Source: Porphyridium purpureum (taxonomy: Eukaryota). From it: DNA of 55,716 nt. The notes beneath the pieces were generated by a model. The model did no database searches. It saw only the letters and a program-made list of their open reading frames with translations, and was not told where the DNA came from. The stretch spans positions 1,798,001 to 1,853,716 of the forward strand of contig VRMN01000004.1 in assembly GCA_008690995.1 (NCBI GenBank). The letters are read 5' to 3'. Of the stretch, positions 19,606 to 29,014 are shown piece by piece; within the stretch, counting starts at the first letter, position 1, and each line of letters begins with the position of its first letter. The translations under genes were made by a program, and so were the position numbers.

Positions 19606-21231
19606 TTAAAACGCAAAAGTGCTTTGGAGGAAGCGGTGCGGAAAGATAAGCGCATTGGCATCGAGCAAGTTGTCCAGCAGAGAGAGGCCAAAAAGCTTTC
19701 GCGAAAAGCGTTCGATGATATGGAGTGCGTGGCCGAGACCCGGAGCGACCCATCGAGTGTAGCATGATGCTTTGACGCCATCCACAACGATATCGCCATG
19801 CTCAGTATGCGGGTTGTACAGCCCCTTTGCGCGCACATTTCGCCGCACTGAAAGAACACTGACATTTTCACCGGTACCCGTCGTCATTATGTCGCCAGGT
19901 TGTACGATCCCGGCCACAACCAGTTTACCGTTCGCGTAGACAAGATGCCCACTTGTGACCGTCAAGATGTGATGCTCGAGCTGGATCCGAACAAAATCGC
20001 CATGGACGCTTTTCGCATCGTGGTGGCCCCAGAATACCACGGGGCTAAATGTATCTGACGACACGCGCACCATATCACCTAGTTTCAGTGCATCCATTCG
20101 CTTGAACAAGCCATCTTCCATCTCGACCAGCCCGTTAGCTGGGAAGCACGTCGAGAAGCCATCTTCATTACCATTACCATCGCCATTACCATCGCCATCG
20201 CCATCTTCATCTTCATCTTCATCATTTTGAATTTGCAGTGTCGGCTGATAGTCACCGGCGCAATTTTCAAAGCCGGGCCTCTGCATCACGCAGCCAAGCC
20301 AAGCAGTCATGGCCGAGATGCGCGTATACACTGCAGCGGGAAAGTCAGGATGTGCACAGCCCGCTCCAAAGGAAACAATTCCGATTTGAAGACGGTCTTG
20401 GGAACTCTCTCCCGTGTCGTCACCGAGAACGAGCGGACCACCGCTATCGCCCTGGCACGTATCTGCGGGAGGCTCGGGCTCGTATCCAGCGCAAAGCATG
20501 CTCGTCGCCGTGAACGAAGAATCGTACAGATTACGGCACACGCTGTCCGGCTCGACGAACAGATCTTCTTCCAGAAGAATGCTTGAACCTTCGCCGCCAA
20601 AAAAGAGGTCCCCGAAGCCAATGATGGTCGACCTCTCGCCCACAAGATCAACGCCTGTTGTCGAAGAGTCCAAGCCAAAAAGCCGTGCATACGTGGAAAT
20701 CCTCACATCTTCGCTCAGCTCAATCAGGGCGGCGTCCCATTCAAAGGTGGAAGCATCCCAGTTGGGGTGTATGTAGACGTTGACGGCACGTGCCTCAAAG
20801 CCTGTGGTGAAGTCGACTGAATCATATAGTCCAACAACCGCATACGGCACAAATATGTCCTCTAGAAAGCAGTGCGCAGCAGTCAAGATCCAGCGCGAGC
20901 CGACGAGTGTGCCGCCGCAGGTGTACTGCTCATTACCGTCGGCATACAGGATGAACAATTGCGTAAACCACGAGTACTCCCCTGGATCTGCGGTCTTCCC
21001 ATTCACGATACGCTGTAGGCCCTTCGCAACTTCCAACCGCCGCTTGCTGAGCTCTGACGCGCTGTCGCTCCACCTCGGCCACTTCACTGCCGGTGCACCA
21101 GTGCGCTTGTGCTCTACCCGCGGAAGCATCGTAGCACCCCCTCGAGACGCACAGTCAAGTCCAACAAGCATCACTACCAACATGCTTATACCACTCACGC
21201 CGATCATTCCGCATCTCGCACGTCGGCCCAT
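19606..21231 (-). CDS. Secreted trypsin-like serine protease fused to a C-terminal Hedgehog-type Hint domain
   Basis: Hydrophobic signal region; activation site R|IVNG; triad motifs LTAAHC, DAALI, TCQGDSGGP; acidic D/G/N linker; Hint from CFP (20148) with HHD, LTVTSGHL and GLYNPHT..GDIVVDGV.ASCY; short hydrophobic tail. Confidence 0.92.
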   Translation of the reverse strand: MGRRARCGMIGVSGISMLVVMLVGLDCASRGGATMLPRVEHKRTGAPAVKWPRWSDSASELSKRRLEVAKGLQRIVNGKTADPGEYSWFTQLFILYADGNEQYTCGGTLVGSRWILTAAHCFLEDIFVPYAVVGLYDSVDFTTGFEARAVNVYIHPNWDASTFEWDAALIELSEDVRISTYARLFGLDSSTTGVDLVGERSTIIGFGDLFFGGEGSSILLEEDLFVEPDSVCRNLYDSSFTATSMLCAGYEPEPPADTCQGDSGGPLVLGDDTGESSQDRLQIGIVSFGAGCAHPDFPAAVYTRISAMTAWLGCVMQRPGFENCAGDYQPTLQIQNDEDEDEDGDGDGNGDGNGNEDGFSTCFPANGLVEMEDGLFKRMDALKLGDMVRVSSDTFSPVVFWGHHDAKSVHGDFVRIQLEHHILTVTSGHLVYANGKLVVAGIVQPGDIMTTGTGENVSVLSVRRNVRAKGLYNPHTEHGDIVVDGVKASCYTRWVAPGLGHALHIIERFSRKLFGLSLLDNLLDANALIFPHRFLQSTFAF

Positions 21232-24062
21232 CCTTCCACGAGTGCTCTGCACGTGTTTTGAGGAACGAGACAAAGACGCGTGACAAACTTTGTCATGCAC
21301 CACACCGACGGTCGTTTTTCCCCCTCAAGCTGTTCTGAGTCGAAGCTTTGTTCCTCCTGCTCAACTTACCTTTCCACCATCTCCAGGCTCGGCATTCCCC
21401 ATCATATATACACTATCCGGCACCAGAGTCACTGTTCAGCCCACAAAAAATAACGGCGTGACGCTGCAAAAAGGCACAATTCATGCACCTGTGCAACATT
21501 CTTCACGAAAATACAAATCAAGCACCAAATCTAGAAACTTGTGCTCACAAAAGCCGAAAGCAGGAAAAATTCATATATGCGTGACTGAAGTAGCGAGCCA
21601 ACGGTGCGATTTCGCAGCTGTGATTGGTACAGACCAAGGATTTATTGATCATGCAATTCATTCGCTAGGACATCGCGCGAGACGAGCTCTGCACAGTGTC
21701 TCTCAAAGAATGAGAACCTCGCACAAATGCTTCAAGTAAACATGCATGTGGCCGAACACATAGGCGCAAGACGAACATGGATACAATGAGACAGATGGTC
21801 TAGCTTTCTTTCGGAAAATCTCCGACCCCGGTGGAAAGTCGCGGAAGACTTTCTGACCCGACTGATTTTACTACGAGAGAAAAAGATCTTTCAGCGTAAT
21901 TCACAGACGGACACCGCAGTCTAGGAATGGACAAACCTACACGCAGCTTTTCGTCGACCTCTCAGCAAACGTGCAGAGCCGGGAACCGCGCGCGTCAAAG
22001 CTGGTCGTGTGCCGAGGCCCCGTCATCGCCTGCATTGCTGCTCATGCAGTATCCTTCGGCGGCATGATCGCTTCTGATCGCCTTGAAAAGCAGCGCTCTG
22101 CCTCAGGCGCGCTAGCCTCAGTCCTAGCCGCAGAATATACTTCATTTGTCTCTCTCTGATCTCGCTCCGGGCGAGAGAGCCAGTTCTCGGTTCACCCCGC
22201 TGCCACGCTCGCGACTCGTTGCGATCTTGGTGCGGAAACAAACGGAGCGATTCGATGTATTGTGTGCTGCATGGTGGCGGCGTAGCTCGCTTTTGCGACG
22301 AACGTTTTGCTCAGGTTGAGCGCGACGCGACTGCTTGCATCTGATCAGACCGGCACGGAATGGCCAAATGTATTGCTCTGTGCCGACTAAAAGTAATTCG
22401 AGTACTGATGATCGGGTTCGCAGGAGCCAGTGGGATTAGATCCTGAGCAACAACGTGCGCCTCAAGTGTCCACTCCGGTCAACGTCGAGCAGCAGCTAGC
22501 GTGCGACGGTTTTGGACAGGAAGCGATTGTGCTTTTATGCGGACCGCATGGCATGCAAAGAGTGCGATCCACGATGAGAAGGCCGTAGGACTCAAATGCG
22601 CTTGTGGATGTGCTGCACGCTGATGCGCGTACGTGTCCTTGTGGTGGGCTGGGAGCGGAGTTAACTCGTGTGTCTCAGATTCTCAAACTTATGGAACCGC
22701 AGGTGATTGCCGCAATGGCCAGCCTGCTCACTTCGCCCGACAATGCTAAGAACATTCCTCTCGAGTGCGACGGCAAACGGTATCAGCTGTGACGCTTGAA
22801 GCGCGCCCCTCACCTGCTTTCATGTTGGATTCTATCCCTTTTGGGCAAAATCCGGACAAGCTTGGAATTTTTCTGCTGGGAACGTGCGACTGTGGCGCAG
22901 TGTTTATGGTCGATGAAGACGCTGTGACAATTTGGCAAAGGAGGCCGCCTTCCGTGCGCTACTCCGTCGAATGTCATCCGGAGTGTTGGGCGCGGGATGC
23001 GGAAAACCTGCGTTCTCTCTTCGGAAACAAGGCAAACCTCAAAGGGACGGATGCTGAGTGTTGGAAGATCGAAAAGACGCCGCGTTATTTGTCGCTGAAA
23101 GAACATGAGCTATTCTAACATCCACTAGCTCGGAAAATCGTGACAGCAGGTAACACTGAATCAGACATGGCGTTTGTCATCCAGTTTGAGCTCAACTTTG
23201 AGTGCCACGAAAGGTCGCCCGATGCAGGACGGCGCCGAAAGGGTTCTTTGTATTGTGATGTGTGAATTGGCTGCGAAGCGCGCGACCCGTTCAGAAGCGG
23301 TCGTTCTTGAATGTTTGGGCATGGCGTGGCACGCTGCGCCATTGGGAAAGCCCTTGCATAATACCCTGTTCCGATAAATTGCACTGATCGGAGCAATGCA
23401 AAGTTTCTCTTCATGGTTCGTGGGTGCGGAATCCATAGATTGAGTGTGAACATGTGCGAATGATACAGCTCATCAACGCGATTATCGTCATTCGATGCGC
23501 AGCAAGCCTCCACGTACCAATGGATCTATGTGAGCTGGCGCACTTGCGCAATTCAACCGTGGAGCACTTGGTGTGGCTGTTCAGTTTTGGTCACTTACTC
23601 TTAAGGTTGCCACTATTTGACGAACAAAACGCCCATGGCGGATAAAGGTGTTTTACTCTTAAGAGTAGGATTGGCTCCAAATGAAAAGCGTGGCCTTACG
23701 ATGCTGAAGTCTCGTGGAATCGTTCACCGTGCGCAGCGCGCGTAGATGGAATATGTTTTCTCCTTGGAAGTATAAAACCGATTTATAGTTCAATGATCTT
23801 TCATCAAGCTTTAGAGAAAAAAATCGTTCTGCAGCTGAGGATGACTTTAATTCGACCGTCAAGCGGGAACATCTGCGGCATTGGCACGCGAAATACTAGG
23901 AAATGGACCTTTCCACACCTTATCGCGAAGCAATTTAAGCACCAACAGCCCTTCTTGCGAAATCATGAAGAGACCGGTAATCGAAGGATAACGCCAGTAC
24001 CTTGGCGTTTTTATAAACCACTCCATGCAAAACTTTGCCTTCACATTACAAGCCGACATGCT

Positions 24063-26681
24063 TCAACGCATAGGAAGACGCAGACGGTGACGTGATCCTT
24101 GCTTCGGCTCGCCAGTCAAATTTGTCGGCCTCGGGAGACCCACACTCTTGCATAAATGGTTGCATCGATGAGCTGCAAACCAGTCCATCATACCCTCCGC
24201 TCCTAGGTCCGTGAGCCCGAATTGCCTTTCCGTCTTGCTCAGAATCACCGGATCAATGAAAAGGAAGTACGTCGAAGCACCGTGCAGCGTCGGTCCACCC
24301 GGTTTACCCCTGTAGCCCCGCAAGTCGCACACAATATGCTCACCTTTCGAGCGAACCCAGGTCCAGTGGCTGAAAAAGTCTGGCACAGTGCCACTTTCAC
24401 CAGTCCACCCTGAATTACTGTTGAACTTTTTGTATTCTCCATGAACCATCATCTCCACGAACATGTCTTCGCCAGCAGTGACGGCCAAGCCACCATCAGG
24501 CAGCCGTACGTCGATTGGACACTTCGCGATACTGCCCAGTCGGAAGTAGACCTTCATACTCTCGCCATTCCTGGAGACGTTGAACCCCGCATTAAATGCA
24601 TCAGAATAATCGCGGCACAACATCTGAAACTTTCTCTTGTCCACATCGATACGTATGCCTTGGGCGTACAGATTACGCTTCATCACCTTCAACACCAGTT
24701 CCGACCCAAATTCAAATCTGAGCGGATTGCCACGCTTAACGACACCACCGAAAACCACACGAGACGCACCTTCACCCAGCGGTACCGTGTCCATGGTAAT
24801 CACACCCGAGTCAATAAACAAATCGACACTCAGTGCGCGAACAAACATGTCCAGAGGAATGAAATGAATGGCAAGTGTTGTCCGTGCAGAGCGTGCGCCT
24901 GCCTTAAAATCACTTATTGTCTCAAAGTTCACTGCACCGACTTTGAGGGCTGCAAAAAGTGATATCAGGGAGTCCAGCCGTATCTCAGAAAATTTTGCAA
25001 GCTCGGCCTGAACTCGCTGATCCGCATTGTCCGTGACTGTCGCATTCTGTTTTTCCCAAGGTACAAAGACAAGATGCACCTGTCCCAGGACAAAATGTTT
25101 TTTTAAAGTCTTCCCAGTTCCATGCGACGGGCCAGACTTTCCAACAAAGTGTGGTTTTTTCGTGCGCTCCTTGGTATCCCGCGTGAATATGCTGCACTTG
25201 GCGACTTCGGCCGCTTCACGCAGTACAGCTGAAGACAGATCGAAAAGAGCCTTTTCCTTCGCAGACATATCCTTTCCAGACGTTATACCGGTGACGAGCT
25301 GTTGCCGCTCAGTATCAAATTGCACGCGGAACTTTGTGGTTATGACAGTGTTTCTCGAAGCCCAAGACAACAATTCCTCGCGACCCCTGAGTGCGGCTCG
25401 GGTCTCGATCTCACAATCTGGATCATACTCGGCGTCGAGGGCGAACCAGCGGTGAGGAGGTGGAACTGACACGCCGAACCTGTGCAACACCTTAGATTGG
25501 CTCTCCACCAGACGTGGCAGACTTTTGCCTTTGATATCACGCTTTTTGGCACATTGCGGGTTGTTGGACCATCTCGTCAGTACAACACCCATCACCTCAC
25601 GGGCATCGTCCCCAAACACTTCCGCTGCAATCTCAAATAACTTCGCGTGCAACGGCGTCACCCGAGGATTTGATGTGTCAACAACCAACAGCACAGCACA
25701 TGCCGATTGGTCCCCACTGAGAAAATCCTTGAATTCGTGCAACACTTCCACGTCGGTGCCGGACGAGTCCGAGAAGCCAGGCGTATCCACACAATTCATT
25801 CGATTTCCTGCGAACTCGATTGGAACAGATTCGAGTTGCTTGGTGTGTGACTCGATGCCGTGGCTGCTGCGGAAAGCGCCACGGATCCTGGCCATCCAAG
25901 ATGCGCCATCCACCAGAAAAGAAGCCAAAGTGGATTTGCCAGCACCTGTCATACCGAGCAGAAAAATATTCCTTGGCTTATTGCTTGCCATCGTTAAATG
26001 ATGATAAAGGATTGAATCATTGCCGGCTGCTGCTTTGGCATGTCCATTTTGATTCGGATGGCCGAACGGAATCAATGGCACCAGGTCTGGATACCAGGCT
26101 CCAGGTGTAGGAGTATTCTCATACGGAACTTCACCGGGCGCACATGTTATTTCGGGATCTGCAACAAGGCCACATCCCGGTTGCGGTCCATAAAAACCTG
26201 GAACTGCATTGTCCGCACCAGATGTTGAGGCCACGGAGAAAGCAACTGAGGCATGGGCTTTCACGTTTGGAGGGCTTGAGACGGATTCGATCGCAGCAGA
26301 AATAGGCGGCCCACACGGGCCTAACATTCCAAAATATCGAGGATCCAAACTGCAGTCCATGCCCGAATCCGTATTTCGGAAGAAAATTCGATTGCTTGTT
26401 GGGTCCCTTATCGTAACCCAATTTGTACCGCCGTAGAAGATGGAAAATCCGTCCGGTGGGACCCATGACTTTTGATTGTGAGGACCTCCAACGTAGTAGA
26501 ACTGCTTTCGTTCATCGTCCCAAAACTCCTGACACGCTGGGGAGTAGGGTGCATAAGGTCCCGGACGCGGACGCGGGTCAGAATCGTACGTGTCGTTTGT
26601 ACGCAAATTTCGAAAAAAATGTCCACGCACGCGATCCATGCACTCCTCAATGTGAGACCAGTCCTGAATTTGTCCAAACAT
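24063..26681 (-). CDS. WW-like repeats + AIG1/GIMAP-like P-loop GTPase + alpha-kinase fusion (872 aa)
   Basis: Three WW-like units (W..IEE.MD....HFFRN..T..T...DP; EFWD....FYY......SWVPP; WV...DP...RIFF.N......DP). GTPase G1 GMTGAGKST, G2 SHT, G3 DTPG, G4-like LTRW. Alpha-kinase LGEGASR, VLK, VE....G.YKKFNSNSG, FSHWT, VCDL.G, DP, FG.TDLG..G...WF..H.CN..C. Confidence 0.9.
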   Translation of the reverse strand: MFGQIQDWSHIEECMDRVRGHFFRNLRTNDTYDSDPRPRPGPYAPYSPACQEFWDDERKQFYYVGGPHNQKSWVPPDGFSIFYGGTNWVTIRDPTSNRIFFRNTDSGMDCSLDPRYFGMLGPCGPPISAAIESVSSPPNVKAHASVAFSVASTSGADNAVPGFYGPQPGCGLVADPEITCAPGEVPYENTPTPGAWYPDLVPLIPFGHPNQNGHAKAAAGNDSILYHHLTMASNKPRNIFLLGMTGAGKSTLASFLVDGASWMARIRGAFRSSHGIESHTKQLESVPIEFAGNRMNCVDTPGFSDSSGTDVEVLHEFKDFLSGDQSACAVLLVVDTSNPRVTPLHAKLFEIAAEVFGDDAREVMGVVLTRWSNNPQCAKKRDIKGKSLPRLVESQSKVLHRFGVSVPPPHRWFALDAEYDPDCEIETRAALRGREELLSWASRNTVITTKFRVQFDTERQQLVTGITSGKDMSAKEKALFDLSSAVLREAAEVAKCSIFTRDTKERTKKPHFVGKSGPSHGTGKTLKKHFVLGQVHLVFVPWEKQNATVTDNADQRVQAELAKFSEIRLDSLISLFAALKVGAVNFETISDFKAGARSARTTLAIHFIPLDMFVRALSVDLFIDSGVITMDTVPLGEGASRVVFGGVVKRGNPLRFEFGSELVLKVMKRNLYAQGIRIDVDKRKFQMLCRDYSDAFNAGFNVSRNGESMKVYFRLGSIAKCPIDVRLPDGGLAVTAGEDMFVEMMVHGEYKKFNSNSGWTGESGTVPDFFSHWTWVRSKGEHIVCDLRGYRGKPGGPTLHGASTYFLFIDPVILSKTERQFGLTDLGAEGMMDWFAAHRCNHLCKSVGLPRPTNLTGEPKQGSRHRLRLPMR

Positions 26682-27778
26682 CTTTTCGCGCAGCCCTTCT
26701 CGATCTACGGTACCGACAATCTTGCAGGTGAATCGGCAACGTAGGTCGCGTGGCGAAGGAGCGCCTACCTACGCGTGCGAACCTACCCGCATCCACGCTA
26801 CGTGATTCAGACACTCTTCACCGCTCCGTGAGCCCGCTTGCGGTTGTCAAACCAATCAAGCAATTGCCACGGAATGCTCCGCTCTCCTCTGGTCATACCT
26901 GTTCATTTGTATGCGTAAAGTTGAAAGCGTCCACAGTGTTGTGGCAACCAGCCAGCAACCTTGAAATCGTATAAAATCAGGCGGTTTCAAGCGATTGGAT
27001 AGCGCACAAGCAGCCCAGTCCATGGTACTAACAAAATATCGCGTCTCCACGATGCGGATGCGCCCCCAAAATTCTTTTGGCGATTTTCCCTCGCATTGTG
27101 CGTGTCAAAGTGGTGAGCTGTCCGGCCATGCGTGTGCCCGTTTCACGGCGCTCCACACTACGCCCTTATTCCCACTTTTCCAGGTGTTCACGCAAGTTGC
27201 CTAGCGAATCGCGTCCGTTGGCGTCATCCTTGTTGCGGCATGGATTTCCGTGGTTAATGACTGATATTCTACACATCACGATCATGATCATAACGACCTA
27301 CAGTTGAAGCGTGACCAACTTGGTAATTGTGCATGATTTTCTATTTTTCACGACTTCTTCCCTTTTTGCCTAGAAAAAACGCCGGTGCTTTGTGGCCTTT
27401 TTTTGGCGTAGAATTTAGCACCGATGCGTCTCAACTACAAATGGCGCGCGAGGGAAGGGCCTCCGCTGAGCAGCATGGTGCGCCCGTGTCTAGCTAGCGC
27501 CTCATTCTAGCTCCGATGGAGCAAAAGCGTGCGCTACATAAAGGTCGGTGCGGGGGTATAACATGGCGAACACAGATGTCAGATGATTCCTACGAGCACA
27601 TCTCTCGAGTGGACGGGCATGGCGCTGGGAATTCTCGCGAGGACATTGATTTGCGCGAGCGAACACTGTCTTTTTCGAGCGTCGCGTCTCGGCCACTTCG
27701 CAGAACGTAGGACGAGTCTTCACTGCCCACAGTAGCGGTAGACGTGTGGAGCCCCCGTTTGAAGACTGGGGTAGCACA

Positions 27779-29014
27779 ATGGGTACGCTGCCACTCCAAA
27801 TCATTTTGATTGGAGTGACGGGCGTAGGGAAAAGCACTCTTGCGAACACAATTGCGACTGGATTATCAAATGTTGATCCGGACGAGAGAGATAGACTGAC
27901 CCAGATTTTCGCTGTCTGCAACGGCGCAGAGTCGTGTACGACCGTAACAAAGCGTGAAATAGTCAAATACAAGAGCCGAGAGCTCTCTATTGTCGATACG
28001 CCCGGGTTCATGGACACATCGGGAAGTGACACAGGAATCATGGACGCTTTTCGTGCATTTCTGAACAACAACCAGAACGCCAGTGGTGTGTTGCTGGTAC
28101 TCAACGCAACAGATTGTCGAATTACTGAGGTCCATCAAGCGATGTTTAGGACAGTTGGTGAAGTGTTTGGCAAGGAAGTTGGTCGGATTTTCGGAGTAGC
28201 CTTTACGCATGTTTCGCAAAATGCAAAGGAAAGAAGAAAGCGTGAGGTCAAGGGTCTCTCTGAGAAGTCGATGATTGCATCATGGACATCTGCGCTGAGG
28301 AAGAGAGATATACTTTGCCCCGCAAATGACAAGTGGTTCTTTTTGGATGCAGAGTTTGCACATGATGATGAAAACGAGGTAGTCTTTGCCCAAAAGGAAC
28401 GCCAAAGACTGCTTGACTGGGCCCTTGCGAATCCTGTGGTGAAGACTGAGATGCGTCTCGAACTAGAGCAGAAAGAGCAGGAATACCTCAACCTCGCTAA
28501 ACAGACCGGTGATATTACGGCGGCGATGCTCCAGCTCTCGAAAGATATTTTTGCAAAGCTGAGAGAACTCGTTGGTGTCGACAGGAGGTGGAGGCGACCA
28601 GAAGGGAAAGAATATTTTGAGTTTCAGCCGAACAGGGGTGGAAATGCGATTATTGGAATATTAAGTCTTGGCATGGCCATCCACGCTGACCGATACCGAC
28701 TTCATTTCGAAGCGACTGATGGTGATGGGGACAATGCTGACGACGACTTGGTGGATTACTTTATGACCATTTCGACTGAACTGACGCTGCGCCAGATTGA
28801 GGCTATTATGAACAGGAAGAAAGTGGGGCTGCGCGACTTTCGCACATCAACCTTGGTCAAGTACGGCGCCGTGCGCAAGAATACTATCCTCAATATTACG
28901 CTTATTCTGTGTGGAACGGGAGGTTTTCGAGCACTCTCTGAGGCTGCGACCACTGCGGCAGAAACCATTGGAGGAACGATGACGCGGAAGCCGGTAGAAA
29001 TGAGGTGGAAGTAA
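27779..29014 (+). CDS. AIG1/GIMAP-like GTPase, paralogue of the GTPase module in the adjacent kinase gene
   Basis: G1 GVTGVGKST, G2 SCT, G3 VDTPGF, FTH. Colinear similarity to 24063-26681 across the GTPase and the following domain. First in-frame ATG at 27779. Confidence 0.88.
   Translation: MGTLPLQIILIGVTGVGKSTLANTIATGLSNVDPDERDRLTQIFAVCNGAESCTTVTKREIVKYKSRELSIVDTPGFMDTSGSDTGIMDAFRAFLNNNQNASGVLLVLNATDCRITEVHQAMFRTVGEVFGKEVGRIFGVAFTHVSQNAKERRKREVKGLSEKSMIASWTSALRKRDILCPANDKWFFLDAEFAHDDENEVVFAQKERQRLLDWALANPVVKTEMRLELEQKEQEYLNLAKQTGDITAAMLQLSKDIFAKLRELVGVDRRWRRPEGKEYFEFQPNRGGNAIIGILSLGMAIHADRYRLHFEATDGDGDNADDDLVDYFMTISTELTLRQIEAIMNRKKVGLRDFRTSTLVKYGAVRKNTILNITLILCGTGGFRALSEAATTAAETIGGTMTRKPVEMRWK

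Noticed and set aside
19759..20148. Hint domain as a true intein
   Set aside because: It lacks the C-terminal His-Asn and does not interrupt a host domain; it ends in Hedgehog-type ASCY.
22300..23650. Broken ORF-like sequence (e.g. 22765-23118)
   Set aside because: May be a gene relic, but there is no recognisable domain and multiple stops.
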